From the NCBI RefSeq assembly GCF_036971445.1, contig NC_091473.1, forward strand, positions 206,398,001-206,462,000: a stretch of 64,000 bases of DNA, given 5' to 3'. A program made the position numbers and the translations under genes. Source of the stretch: Narcine bancroftii. Taxonomy: Eukaryota. The notes beneath the pieces were generated by a model. That model saw nothing but the letters and a program-made list of their open reading frames with translations, made no database searches and was not told the DNA's origin. How positions within the stretch are numbered: position 1 is the stretch's first letter; each line of letters opens with the position of its first letter. Positions 49,208 through 63,197 of the stretch are shown piece by piece.

Positions 49208-49669
49208 GTGGGGCTGCTGCCGTAAACAGCCGGAACCATCTTGAGCCAGAGACAGCGGTCGTAGGATTTTAAATTTAAATACTGCAGGTTTCCTTAAAGG
49301 CCGTTTAAAGTCTGTTCAGAAACGTCATGAGGAACTGTGCGGTGCGAAGCTGCGCATGAGTGCTGTGACTCCGCATCCCGCGGGTCAGCACACTCTTCAG
49401 CGCAGTCTTAATAGCATCTTTGGTAACGCAGCCATTAATTCTCAATTTGCGTCCATAGTCACTATATCTACAACCTGAACTTAGAGAACAGGAGAACGAC
49501 AAAGACAGATGATAAATGGTTGGCAGCACTTGTACCAGAAGATAGGAAATTTATTTCACACCACATCCTGATTCGGTGTACAGAGCGGACAGAGAATGAC
49601 CTTTAGAGAGTACAGTTTCTCCTCTCTCAAAATTGCACCGATCATAGCTCAAGTATGAAAAATATTTTG

Positions 49670-49880
49670 ATTTATTTGGACATCATACACGGTAACTGGT
49701 CCTTTTGGTCCATGACGTCGTGCCACCCAATTGATCAACAAACCTGGAACAGTTTGAAGGGTGGGATGAATCCGATGCACCCGGAGGAAGCCCTGGCACA
49801 AACAAGGAGTCGTAACGTACAGAATGCATGGGATTTAAACGCCGTTCCCGGCCGCCGGCAACGTACAAAGCATTGCTAAA
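49670..49880 (-). mobile_element. V-SINE-like element (decayed)
   Basis: Homologous to 34870-35115. Confidence 0.55.
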
Positions 49881-49996
49881 AATGCCTTATTCAAAACAGG
49901 CACTCCTCTCACTTCCATGACGAAATATAGTGTTGCTTGAGAAATAACGGACAATCATTCAGAGTAGACAAACATTAATATTTGGATTCAAAATAA

Positions 49997-50837
49997 CATT
50001 ACGACCCGAGAGGTCCCATAAACCCAGCAGCAATAAATATTCACCAAGACAAATGGTTACTTAAAAAAAATGTTGCTTATAATTATCTTTAAACATGAAA
50101 ACAGAATCACACTTTAACTTAACTTAACTAACTTAACTTAATCCCCTTCTAATTCTAAGCGCATTTGTGCATAATATGTGTGTAAGTTCAGAAAAGTTAT
50201 TTTTTTACAGTCCAATCTCACTTCTCATTCCTCCAATTTTACTAGTTGCAGGCAATTCTAATTCTGTGCACAGAATTTAACATTTATAAAGCTCACCAGG
50301 CTTTGGTGCTTGAAAGATAAATGGTTACTGTGCACAGAATTTAACATTTATAAAGCTCACCAGGCTTTGGTGCTTGAAAGATAAATGGTTACCACTCAGG
50401 AAGGTGCTTGTCAGTTTCCATAGAGATATTTGTTGTTCCAGGACATTCACAACCATTAGCCACTTCAGTGTCTGGCTGACAGAACCTGCTCCTTCAGGTT
50501 TCTTTCAGGTCACCACAGATTTCCTTTTTGCTTCTCACATTCCAAGTGAACATTAGACAGTCAGTCGTCTCCTCTTGCATGAACCACAATGCCTTTGCCA
50601 GGCCAAACTGTGACTCCACCAAGATCCTTCGACTCTGGCCTATTGTACGCCACAATCTGTTAGTGACGTTTCTTGACCACTACAAAGGTCTTGCAAAAGC
50701 TGTGGAGCCGATATGTCTAGCATTAGCAGAGCTTCAGTATTTCAGATAAGATCTGTTTTACTGTGTTTTTATGTGACCTACTCTGACAAACAATTTCCAA
50801 TTGATCTCTCAAAAACATATCTATATACTCTGTCACT
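49997..50837 (-). mobile_element. Solo LTR, with an internal 64-bp tandem duplication (50264-50391)
   Basis: 4-bp TSD ATAA; same position and TSD as 57589-58475, so it predates the cassette duplication. Confidence 0.65.
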
Positions 50838-53800
50838 ATAACAATTTTTTTTAAAACGAAAAGCTCTAAATTTAGAAGCAAAATACTTGGGAAAACTTGC
50901 ATGATTATATACCCTTGTTATATAATAAAGTTTATGAATAAATGAACTAAGGACAATGCACCCACAGGATGAATGAAGTGTAAAAAAAGCATTGACTAGC
51001 TAGTGTTGGATAATTTAACACTGCCTCAGACTGCAAAGCCCACATCTCTTGGGCATATAAAAATTCCTTCGTCCACTTATACTCTATCAAATAGAAACAG
51101 AGATTGATCACAACGTGGTCAGCAATAATGCATGTAACTCTTGACATTTTTAGCCGTCATAGTTCTCTGCTCCAATTTACTAAGTGTCGTCGTTGTTCAC
51201 ATTATGCGGTTTTGTATTGGACTCGTTACGTTGAGTGGACGATTAAGGGATTCCTAATACACCAAAACATGAATTTCGTCCTGAAACGTGTACAGTAACG
51301 TTGGCATTTCCTGCTTATTTTACTTTCTATTAGACCTTGGGCTGTAATTTGCTTTTAATTCTCTATGTAAAGGCAATACTCTATCTATAGGAGGAGAAAT
51401 ATTTATCAAAATTAACTAAATTGTGAAGCATCTTTACACAGTCTCTGATCACGCTGTCCTACCTCTCACTGTCTCCACATTCGATGACATCTACACCTAC
51501 CTCTTATTTGGGGAAGGTGCCAACATCTGTAAAGATCAATTCCATTCGGTACTTCCCCAATACATGATATTGATACCTTAGATTTAAAACACTAATTCAA
51601 TACTCCGCTTCGCTGATCTTATCTGATCCTTGAATGGGCATCTGACCTCATCAACTGCTATGGCTTACTTTGTCTTAACTGTAGATATCTACAGAACATG
51701 AATCCTGTATTTGAATATTGCATTCACCTAATTTTGAACAAAACTGCAACACTGTGCACAACACCTCTGGTGTACCTTATGTGTGCCAGGTTGTCTGGAT
51801 CGCAGGAAAGCCATTCAATCCATCTCGGCCGTCACGGCAATGATGCCTCAGAATCTTACACCCACGCAAAGGTTTATTTGTACACACATTCACATGCATC
51901 TAAAGTAAAGATGTGGTTCATATGCTGGGAAAGGTATTTATTTTAACTTGTGTTCTTGTTCAGTGAAGTTGTCCTGTGCAGAACGGTCTGGTTTGTGCCA
52001 ATTTCTTTCATGTGTTATATTCTCGAATACATAGTGCTCAAATCCAAAAATAAAATATTTTAACTAAAATTTCAACGGTGACATTCATTGTCACCCATGA
52101 AATAATAGCATTGCGTGATCCATGTGTTATATCTTTAACATTATACGAGACATAATTACACTCGGTGAAATAAAAAAGCCAATATGTAATTTAACCCGAA
52201 TATTCACCATGCAAAGATGAATAGTAATGAGACGTGTTGTTGTAAATATAAAGTGAACAGTGGCAGAATCATGTGGAAAGCAAATAATTTAATGTCAAAG
52301 ACTGAACAATAACTAGAATACTGCGGAAAATAAAGGCTGAAAATGCAGACATGAAGGTGCAAATCAGGAATCGAACTGCCTTTTATGATCGAGGAGTTTC
52401 GATCAAAAGGGTGAAGAATTAATTGGCAGTGGGGAATACCGTGAACACTGACGTCATCCCTCTAAAACGCACAAGCGTCAGAAGAGGACAGAATAGACTA
52501 TAAATTCGAAGGTCTGCTCAAATATAAACGGTGGTTTAACTGAAAACACGTGCACCGTACAAAGTAAACGCGGACTACTGGTTAAAACATCAGCACAGTG
52601 ATTCATATCCATGTTCTGCTTCTTACATTTACCATGTCCACTGCAGAGCTGCAGCGGAGCAAGAGAGCAGAGAGTGAGAGGTATGAGTGTGATTGGAAAT
52701 GAACACGTTTATAATTCCTGCAAACTCTGATGAGTTGTGTGAAGCCAATCTCAAATTCCACGCAACGGAGAGACTTGTACATGTTCCTGACATCCTTAAT
52801 CTAGGGAATATGGCTCCTGTTATAAGTTCAATTTTAGGTACAACTGAAGAACAGGACTCAAATGAAGAACGAGAACTGAAAACATTTTTTTTATTTTTGA
52901 TTTATTAGTCAATGATATTCCATTCCGGTAGATTAACACAACTTTCAATTCTATAACGTTCTTTTCCAATTTCATGTGTTGAACGTATTTAATGCCGTTT
53001 ACACGTTCTGCGAGCACTTGATTACTATTGATTAGCATTTTATATTCTTCCAGTTTTTTTTAAATATTTTATATCAACTTTTTCCATACATGTAATTAAT
53101 AAATTATTATAATAAACAANNNNNNNNNNNNNNNNNNNNNNNNNNNNNNNNNNNNNNNNNNNNNNNNNNNNNNNNNNNNNNNNNNNNNNNNNNNNNNNNN
53201 NNNNNNNNNNNNNNNNNNNNNNNNNNNNNNNNNNNNNNNNNNNNNNNNNNNNNNNNNNNNNNNNNNNNNNNNNNNNNNNNNNNNNNNNNNNNNNNNNNNN
53301 NNNNNNNNNNNNNNNNNNNNNNNNNNNNNNNGCTGCTCAGAATTTGAGTTACATTGTGGAAGTAGGGCAACATCGTTCTCTCGGATACTTGATCATCTGT
53401 TATTGATCTAGACGTTTGTTTCAAGTCAACGGATTGATAGAGTTTCGACTATCCCATGCACTGAAAGTTCCCGGCAGAAACATCCATTGCACTTCTGAAT
53501 ATTGGCTCCATGTCCGGTCATTACTTATCCGTTTATGTTCAATCAAAATGGCTACCAAAATTTGCAGACATATTATTTCATCCAATTCCCAGTTTATCAG
53601 TTGTTGGCACAGCAGGGTAGTCGGATCATGGAATGGCTTTTATGATCTGGCCTCGGGTTTGGCCAACCTTTGTTCTACTTCTCCATGAAAAATTAAGTGA
53701 TGTCGATTTTATATGACATATCTGCATCAGATACTATTTTCATAAACGTTCCCTTTTCGTATTGGCGCCTGAAAGAAGGATAGGTGAATGAAAGATGAAT

Positions 53801-54964
53801 ATTGATTTTATGAAATGGATCTGCCAGTGCTGCATGAACCTGAAGTAACTGGAGAAAGCATGGGGAGGGGGAACAACTGAAACGAGTTTCCGCTTTGGTA
53901 ATGGGAAATACATTTTATCTTACATATTATGAACATTATAAGTTGTCCATTTTATGCAAAAACAGATTTGTCCATTCCATGTATGCAGAGTGTGGCGACG
54001 GAAAGAGCCTTGGCACTGTAAGCAAGATAATGTTTTCAAGAAGTTCATACCTCAATTCCTGTCAAAGGTATAAGATATAGATAAGTACTGATGTATTATA
54101 GTGCGGTTATGTACGGAGTTACACGTCTTGCCTAGCAGAAAAACAATTAATTTACAGGCGATTACTTTTCCATTGCATTTCCTGCGATGTAAACTTGACA
54201 AATCGAAGGGAGTTGTCGTAGAGGAAATGCATAATGCATAATCAGTTCTCAGGTATGACCTAGCATTGAATGGATAAATTTAAGTTAGACGTTGCCGTGC
54301 ATTAAGTTCAAAGATGTATTGCTTGTGGATACAAAATTTATCACCATGAAATTACTGAAGGAGCATTAGTGCAATGAAATTCTTTTGTTGCATAAGTGAT
54401 ATGAATCTATGGAATAAAATCAGTTCCATAACACTGTATGTTTACCTTAATCATTTAATCACTGGAGACAACCACGAAAGAACCAAAGTAAAGAAAAAAT
54501 GCTTCAGGACAGTTATATAAAACTAACCCGAAAGCGTAATGAGTGCTATTCGAAATACGTTCTCGATATTCTGTGTTATTGACTTTATATCTTCACAGAT
54601 TAATACAATCCAAACTACGATTTCCTTAAATAATTACACGCACCTTTATGCCGAGGCACCAAGTCAAACAAATATACGCCAAATAAGGCGATAAATAACT
54701 AATTCCGTATTCCATTTATACAGTGAGAACATGAAAATTTTGGCGAATACATCGTGCCCCTATATATATTGATACATATATATATATATATATAATTTTT
54801 TTTAAAGCGCAGCAATGCTAACGACGAACAGAATTCAAGAAACTGCTAATTTCAGCTGATAATGAATTTTGGAGACTCAGGTCGGAGGTTGTGGAGCTTC
54901 AAATTGATTGCTTAAATCGAGGAATAAAGGAGAAATATGGAGATTGGGGAAAATATGAACAGTG

Positions 54965-55190
54965 TGTTTTGGTTGGTTTAGCGTTTGCCCTGGCGGCTTT
55001 ACAGCAACAGTAATCATGGCAGAATTTCCATTCCCACGCTGTCTATAAGGAGTTTGTATGATTCCCCGTGCCTGCGAGGATTGTCCCCGGGTTCTCCGGA
55101 TTTCTCTCACTTTTCGAAACGCATCGCAGTATAGATTAATTGAGTGTAAATTGTGTGGCACTGGCTCATGGGCGAAATCGCTGTATGAAA
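54965..55190 (+). mobile_element. V-SINE-like element, paralog of 45733
   Basis: Same position in the third family A cassette. Confidence 0.6.
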
Positions 55191-55823
55191 TAATTTAAAT
55201 TACATCAACGGGTCAGGAAGTCTGCTGGACAGAAATGGTCAGCAAATGTTTCAGATCAGACACATTTACACAGACTCAAGTATCTGGTCCAATCAAATGT
55301 TTGCACGGCCCATTTCTTTCAACAGATCCTCTTTGGGAATCCAATGGACCAGTCTGCTGTCCGTTTACTCCTGTATGTTCATGAACGCCCAATGGAGGGT
55401 GCGCACTTTCACAGAGCCACAGGGGAGAGGTAGAGAGTCTTAAACTAATCAGAAATTAGACTGATCATGGTTCATTACGGACGTCAGTTTCGTTTTTAAT
55501 CCCAATAGTTGCCCTGAAATTTCTACTCTTGTCCACAACATGGTTGAACCATTCATTATTATAGCCAGATAAATATCCGAGGCGGATCGACAATGCTAGA
55601 GATATTTACAAAACTTTGAAGATATGTCTCCACCTCAAAATTTAAAATTTTGCGTTTATTTCGTATCCGCCACATTGCTTGGCTATTCACTCTCTGAGCA
55701 GGTGAGTAATGGAACGTTGCCTCAATCTAGCACATTCTGATTGGTTGCCTAAGCTGACGAAGTTTTCTACTCCACGTCCCGGTCCCATTGGAATGGCATG
55801 AAACAGCAAACAAATAATGCTTC

Positions 55824-55847
55824 GAGTTGATTGGTTAAATCGAGGAA
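55824..55847 (+). promoter_or_regulatory. Candidate promoter module of V A3
   Basis: gagttgattggttaaatcgaggaa. Confidence 0.5.
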
Positions 55848-56070
55848 TAATGAGCAATACGGCGATTGGAGGAATTGAGTAACAGATTTAAATTTTATTT
55901 TGGTTGTTAGGAGTGGGAGGGAGATTTGTGCTAAGCGAATGTGATACTGCCCAGAATATCCCCATCACGAGAGAGAGAGCAGACTTGACAGGTCTTTTCG
56001 AACATATGTTGAAAACGCATTCATGAATCAGATCTAATAAGATCAAGTTCAACCTCGACTCAACTCCAAT

Positions 56071-56122
56071 ATGTCAGGTCTTCTGACTTTTTGGATTCTT
56101 GCGCCAGTTGCTCTCTACACCG
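56071..56122 (+). pseudogene. Orphan leader exon of V A3 (V exon deleted)
   Basis: MSGLLTFWILAPVALYT-G then gtaaa. Intron is homologous to A2 until about 56468; no V exon or RSS follows. Confidence 0.88.
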
Positions 56123-56489
56123 GTAAATTGATGGTATTTCAAATATTTAGTTTTATTCGTCTGACGGGAAGAATATTTAATCTGTGAACTTAATTCATAA
56201 GTGCAATATTGTCAAACAACTAACTCGGATATGTAGCGAATGAGTAGATCCCGCACTCAGGCGAGAGATTTTCTAATGATGGAGGAGTATATCCCGTTTT
56301 ATTTAAGGAAAGCATTCCGCCAACCCGTTGGAAAGGTGACGCTCTTAAAGATAAATGTGCATGCCCTGGATGACACTTCTCTTCCGGAATATCCTGAATG
56401 AAAGTGTGGGAATTTCATTGATGAGTTTCATTTAATCGAAATCGGCGATATTTCGCACCTTACCTTGGAGCATTATAGTTAGGTGATAC

Positions 56490-57555
56490 GATTGGATTCA
56501 TGATTACGTTTGAATATTAAAATTTGGGGAGAATTTATAAGATTTAGAGTAGGTCACATACATACACATATTATAAAACAGATCTTATTTGAAAGACTGA
56601 AGAATTCACATTGCTGGAGCTCTGGCGAATGTAAGAATCTTTCATAAGTAGGTGTTAATTGAACTGACGTCATAAAATACTTGACCATTGTCTTTCTTGA
56701 GCCGTGCTGTCTATCAGTACCTTTTCTGCAAAGTGTTCATAGAAAGGTCACTCCTGGATTTTGTTTATCTAACAGATGGGAGCAGAAGAAAGAACTCCTA
56801 TTGTTTTGTTAAGGAAGATGGGGGCTTTGCAAGACATGAGTCACATGTCCTCTTTGGAGTTTCAACAAGAAGAGAGATAGAGAGAGAGAGTTGAGTTAAC
56901 AGCTCAGTCAGTGAATGTGTGGGACACTGACAAGTACCTGAAAAGTGCAATTCAGAGAAAATGGTTTGAAACTGATGAAAGCAAGTTGCAGAGCAGTAGA
57001 TAGCTGGAAGTGCTATTTGTCTGATGTTTCTCTTGAAATAGAGGAAGGAATGGAAGACTGTTGTAGCTTGAAGAAAGCTGTTCCATCGAGAAGACCCTAA
57101 TGGGGAAAGTTGCATCAGCGTGACCCTGAGATGACTCGTGGTGGTAGCTCAATTGTGGAAATCCTGGAGCAACAGATCTCTCTCTCTCTGCAAGCCGTAC
57201 AAGAACTTTCCTGAGCGGTAAACATTTACCTTTCAAGCACCAGGCCTGGTGAACTTTATACATGTTAAATTCTGTGCACAGTTTGGTGGACGGCGACCAG
57301 AGAACTTTGAAGAAGGAGAAGTGAGATTGAACTGTAAACCAAAGAACATTTCTTAAATACTCAAACATACATTACATACATGTGCACTTAAAATTAGAAG
57401 GGGTTTAATTTGGTTTAGTTAAGTATAGAGTTAAGTTAATGTTTGATTCTATTTTCATGTTTGAAGTTGTTTAAAAATAGCTTCTGTTTTGAAATTCACT
57501 TGTCTTTGTGAATGTCTATTGCTGCTGAGATTTGGGGTCCTTCGACCTCGAAACA
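56490..57555 (+). mobile_element. LTR-like element related to 57589-58475 but in the opposite orientation
   Basis: Shares blocks (agagtaggtcacata, aaaacagatcttat, tttcaagcaccagg, aattagaagggg) with the reverse complement of 49997-50837; ends ...cgaaaca. Confidence 0.6.
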
Positions 57556-57588
57556 GTACATAAACATTACTATTTGGGTTCGAAATAA

Positions 57589-58475
57589 TGGAATGAGCCC
57601 AGAGGACCCATAATCCCAACATCAATAGATATTTACCAAGACAAATGGTTACTTAAACAATAGTTGTTTTTAATAATCTTTAAACAATAAAAAAATAATC
57701 ACTCTTTAACTTCACTTAAGTAACCTAACTTAATCCCCTTCTAATTCTAATCGAAGGTGTGTGTAATATGTGTGTACATTCAGAAAGCTTCATTGGTTCA
57801 CAATACAATCTCTCTTCTCATTCTTCCAAGTTCACTTGTTGCAGACTATATTTTTTTTTATCCTGTGCACAGAATTTAACATTCATAACGTTTACCAGGC
57901 TTTGATGATTGAATGGTAAATATTTACCGATCAGGAAGGCTATTGTCGGTTTTCTGAGAGATATGTGTTTTTGCAGGATATCCAAAACTGATGAACTTCC
58001 ATCAGCCACTTCATTTTCCTGCAGACAAAACGTGCTCTTTCACGCTCTCGTGCNNNNNNNNNNNNNNNNNNNNNNNNNNNNNNNNNNNNNNNNNNNNNNN
58101 NNNNNNNNNNNNNNNNNNNNNNNNNNNNNNNNNNNNNNNNNNNNNNNNNNNNNNNNNNNNNNNNNNNNNNNNNNNNNNNNNNNNNNNNNNNNNNNNNNTG
58201 ACTCTCTCTGCTTTGACAGACCCTCTTAGAACAACTCCAGACAAACTGCTTCTCCAACAGGATATTTCACCTGTGGGCTTTTGTAAAGAACAATCTATTA
58301 ATGAAGTCACTTGAGCACTCTCCAAACCTCTTGCAAGAGCTCTGGGGCTGACGTCTAGCATTAACAGAGATTAAGTATTTCAGATTAGAATTGTTTTAAA
58401 GTGTTTGTATGTGACCTACTGTAACAAGCCTTTCCAAATGTATCCCCCAAAATCATATCTATATACCCTGTCACA
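57589..58475 (-). mobile_element. Solo LTR
   Basis: TG...CA ends, 4-bp TSD ATAA, paralog of 49997-50837. Confidence 0.65.
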
Positions 58476-59016
58476 ATAATAAGTTTAGAAAATTTATGAA
58501 AGCATCTAAAATTAGAACCAAAATACTTGGGCCAACTTTCATGACAATATGGTAATATAATAAGGGACTTTAAATGATGGACTGTGCAATGTGCACAGAG
58601 GATGAAGGAAGTATAATAAACAGTGACTACCTATTGGGTAATTAATGATGGATGATTTAACACTGCCTCATACAACAAAGCACATATCTCTTGCTCAAAT
58701 AATAAATGTCTTTCGTCCACATATACCGTATCAAATAGGAACAGAGATAAATCACAACAAGGTCAGCAATAATGCGTTGAATTCTTGACATGGTTAGCCG
58801 TCATGGTACTCTGTTCTAATTTACTCAGAGTTGTCGTTGTTCACATTATGCGATTTTGTATTGCACTTGTTGCTTTGACTATTCAGATTAAGGGATTCTC
58901 AAAATCCCAACGCATGGTTTTATGGCATATCCTGCTTATTTTTCATTATGCTAGACTATGGGAACTAAATTCATTTTTTTAATTGAAATCGTTAATTGTT
59001 AACATGCAAAATATAT

Positions 59017-61068
59017 AGTGTACAAAGCTGCAAAGAGCAGTGGGAAACTGGAAGATTGGGAAAACTTTAAGAGACAACAAGGGGTTACAAAGCGGGTAAT
59101 AAAAAATGGGAAAAAGGATTGTGAAAGTAAATTGGCACAAAATATAAAAAAAGAAATAAAAAAAATTTATAAATATATAAAACGGAAGAGGGTGGCCAGA
59201 GTTAACATAGGACCCTTGGAGGATGAGAAAGGAAAACTGGTAGCAAAAAATGAGGAAATGGCCGAGGCATTAAACAAATATTTTGTGTCAGTCTTCACGG
59301 TGGAACACACGTCCAGCATGCCCAAGTGCGGAGTTAAGGATACGAATGTTGGGGAGGGCCTTGATAAAATAGTTGTTACAAAGGAAGTAGTGATGGAGAA
59401 ACTAATGGGACTAAAGCCAGACAAATCACCTGGTCCTGATGATATGCATCCAAGAGTTCTGAAGGAAATGGCAGAAATTATAGTTGATGCATTGGTGGTC
59501 ATATACCAAAATTCCTTGGATTCTGGGCAGGTCCCGGCAGACTGGAAGACAGCAAATGTCACGCCACTTTTTAAGAAGGGATGTAGGCAGAAGACTGGAA
59601 ATTATCGGCCAATTAGCTTGACGTCTGTGGTTGGAAAAATGCTTGAAGCTGTCATTTAAGATGAAATAGTGAAACATTTGGAACATAAGAGTTGAATCAG
59701 GCAGACGCAGCATGGTTTTAGAAAGGGAAGATCTTGTTTGACAAACTTGTTAGGATTCTTTGAGGATATAATGGGTGTGGTGGATAGAGGGGAACAGGTT
59801 GATGTTGTATATCTGGATTTCCAGAAAGCGTTTGATAAGGTGCCGCACAAGAGACTTATCAGTAAGTTACAGGAAAGTGGAGTCCGGGGAAGTATATTGG
59901 CCTGGATTGAAAATCTCTGACAGGAGGCAGAGAGTCGGGATAAATGGGAGTTTTTCAGGTTGGCAGAGAGTGGTAAGTGGGGTGCCGCAGGGGTCAGTGT
60001 TAGGCCCACAACTGTTCATCATTTACATTGATGACTTGGAGGAGGGGACAAAATGTGGTGTAGCCAAGTTTGTGGATGACACCAAATTGAGTGGAAGAGC
60101 AAATTGTAATGAGGATGTGGAGAGTCTGCAGAGGGACATAGTTAAGCTGGATGAGTGGGAGAAGTTCCGGCAGATGGAGTACAATGTTAGTATGAGTGAG
60201 GTTATCCACTTTGGCAAGAAAAATAAAAGAGCTGAATATTATTTAAAGGGAGAAAAACTACAGCATGCTGTTGTGCAGAGGAACTTGGGAGTGCTTGTGC
60301 ATGAATTGCAAAAAAGTTAGGTTGCAGGTGCAGCAGGTTATTAAGAAGGCAAATGGAATGTTGGCCTTCATCACTCGAGGAATTGAATTCAGGATAGGGA
60401 GGTAATGTTGCAACTGTATAAGGTACTGGTGAGTCCGAACCTGGAGTACTGTGTCCAGTTCTGGACTCCATATTTGATGAAGGATATACTGGCTTTGGAG
60501 ACGGTCCAGAGGAGGTTTACTAGGTTGATCCCTGGGATGGAGGGATTGACTTATGATAAAAGATTAAATCGTCTAGGATTGTATTCGCTCAAGTTCAGAA
60601 GAATGAGAGGAGATCTTATAGAAACATATAGGATTATTAAGAGTCTTCTTTGGCTTGGCTTCGCGGACGAAGATTTATGGAGGGGGTAAAAAGTCCACGT
60701 CAGCTGCAGGCTCGTTTGTGGCTGACCAGTCCGATGCGGGACAGGCAGACACGATTGCAGCGGTTGCAAGGGAAAATTGGTTGGTTGGGGTTGGGTGTTG
60801 GGTTTTTCCTCCTTTGCCTTTTGTCAGTGAGGTGGGCTCTGCGGTCTTCTTCAAAGGAGGCCCCCCCACATTATTAAGAGTATGGATAGGATAGATGTAG
60901 GAAGGTTTTTTTAGCTGGTCGGGGAAATCAAAATGTGAGGACACAGTCTCAAAATTCGGGGGAGTAGATTTAGGACAGAGATGAGGAAAAATAGTTTTTT
61001 CCCAGAGAGTAGTGAATGTTTGGAATTTTCTAACCAGCGAAGTGGTTGAGGCTGCCTCATTAAACATT
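59017..61068 (+). mobile_element. CR1 LINE, young, truncated at both ends
   Basis: KSPGPDDMHPRVLKE, DWKTANVTPLFKKG, NYRPISLTS, YLDFQKAFDKV, GVPQGSVLGP; few stops or frameshifts. Confidence 0.95.
60645..60860 (-). mobile_element. Short RTE 3' end nested in CR1
   Basis: 12-bp TSD attattaagagt (60633-60644 and 60870-60881); extra C-run at the 5' junction. Confidence 0.92.
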
Positions 61069-61926
61069 CGAAACATTACGTAGGTCATTTTTTGTTCGTC
61101 TTCATCACCTCCCTGCAGACTGCTGATGGACAAAGGACAAACGCAAAATCCAACAAAAAAGGTCAGTATGTATTTATTACAGTTCCTTCATCCACTGTAG
61201 AATACATGAGCCAGAACATGGACCAGCAAACCTCAGATCTTCCTCAGACAGAATAGACACAACTTTCTACTTTATTTAACGAGGTATGTCTTCAGCATGT
61301 CATTTGGATTTCTTCCTTTTTACAGCATTCCACTTGTCATAGTAGGAATTCTAACTTTTAGACCAGGTTTTGAAGATTTATCTGATTCCCTAGGTTGCAA
61401 TAAACGAATCCGTTTAATCTTCCCTGCAACAAGTTTGCACGTCCTTTCCTTTCTTTTCCGAAGTTGGTCATAGATAAGGAAAAATTCGAATGGCTTTAGT
61501 TCTTCAAACTCATCAAGAGCCACAACATGTATAGAATCTTTCTGTCAAGTAGACTGGCTCCACTCATGGCACCCACAAATATGTTTAAATAGAACTGTAG
61601 TCTTTTCAAGCATCCTGGCATCTATTGTAGTTCCCTGCAATTACAGATCTAATCCCACAACCTCCACTTCAATCCCACCCTCGAGCCTACCCACAAGCCC
61701 CTCACCTGACTTCTTCCCTGCAATCAAAAAGCGACCGTCGCATCATCCTCCCTGAAGCCACCAACTCGATCCGGAGTCAAAAGATCACGCGACACGCCAG
61801 CACCTCTGCTCTCAGCCCTGCCATAGCAAACAGTCTGAACACCCCCCCACCCTGACTGCCACACCGATGCAATGCAACCCCTCCCCCCACAGGGGTTTTG
61901 CTACAAGACGGGCCCCCAAGTCATGA

Positions 61927-62698
61927 TTTTTTTAAACTTTTTCACGCTATGAACCACATCAATCAAAATGCACACAATCATTTCCCTCTTGAATATACAC
62001 AATGGCGTTTTCTCCCCTTTTCCCCCTATATTCACTCCCTCCTTCCCACTCCCCTCCAAACCCGTTAAACGTTCAGCATATGCAATAGAATAAAACTATT
62101 AAACAATATCATAACTCAATGAAAATAAACAAGAAAATTTTGTAATCTACCTTTACACACTGGATCAGGTCATTTTGTCTTCTTCTTATTTTATCATTTT
62201 AGGGGATGGAGGTCCGTGGTAAGCCTTCTCTGTTGTGTTCCATGTACGGTTCCAAAGGTTGTTCAAATAATGTGACTTTATCTTTTAAATTATATGGGTT
62301 TTTTTTCAATGGAATACATTTATTCATTTCTATGTACTATTTGCTGTACTCACAGGCTCTCTTCTGATTTCCAAGTTGAAATTATAATTTTTTTGCTACA
62401 GCTACGGCTAACGCAAGAAATCTTTTTTTTTTCCGCTTCATCCAGTTTGAAGCCTATTTCTTTACTTCTTATATTACTTAATAGAAGGATCTCTGGATTT
62501 CTTGGTATGTTACTTTTTGTGACTTTATTTAATACCTGATTTAGATCTTCCCAAACGTTTTTCACTTTCTCACATGCCCAAATTGCATGTACTGTTGTTC
62601 CCGTTTCCTTCTTACAGTGAAAACATCTATCTGATAATGTTGGATACCATTTCTTTAACTTTTTGGGCGTGATATATAGCCTGTGTAACAAATTATAT
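61927..62698 (-). mobile_element. L1 3' end, interrupted by the ERV
   Basis: QYNLLHRLYITPKKL...DRCFHCKKETGTTVHAIWACEKV (L1 CCHC region); T-rich tail on the + strand. Confidence 0.88.
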
Positions 62699-63165
62699 TG
62701 TCAGAAGTATAAATTCTCACACATGAGTCTCTTTAAAGTCGGTGACACGACAAGCTTTATTTACAAGTCTGCAGAGTTGGACTCAACTGGCTTCTCGCCA
62801 AGTCAAGCCCCGATACATGCAGTGCATTGATTTTTATACCTTTTTTCCTTGTCCTTCCCCTCCTCTTTAACAGTGTTTTAATTGGTTTGTTTGTGCAAAA
62901 TCATTCTAAGTACACTTGCATTTGTAATTATCATGTTAGTCACGTACACTACGAACTCTGCACACACTAAATTCTGTTTTTCACACTTTTATCAATCTTT
63001 GGCTCCTACATGTCTCTTTGTGACCATGAAAGATTTCTGCTTGTTATAACATTGTCCAGCTAAACTTTTATGGAAAGCTCCCTGTCTATTCTGGCTTCCC
63101 CTTTTATGATTAATCATCACATTTTAACTTAAGCCCCTTTTAACCTAAATTCTCTATCTATAACA
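62699..63165 (-). mobile_element. ERV 3' LTR
   Basis: TGTTATAG...TTCTGACA (467 bp), preceded by PPT aagaaaggggtggat; TATAAA and AATAAA on the minus strand. Confidence 0.88.
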
Positions 63166-63197
63166 ATCCACCCCTTTCTTTCTTTAAAATGTGTGTA

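Noticed and set aside
52449-52456. TGACGTCA CRE site as a TCR V promoter element
   Set aside because: Not near a leader and not conserved in the paralog at ~38494.
52594-52633. Perfect CACAGTG heptamer with ACATTTACC downstream, a possible D segment or RSS
   Set aside because: The spacer is 24 bp, the nonamer is weak, there is no convincing upstream 12-RSS, and the paralogous site at ~38639 lacks the heptamer.
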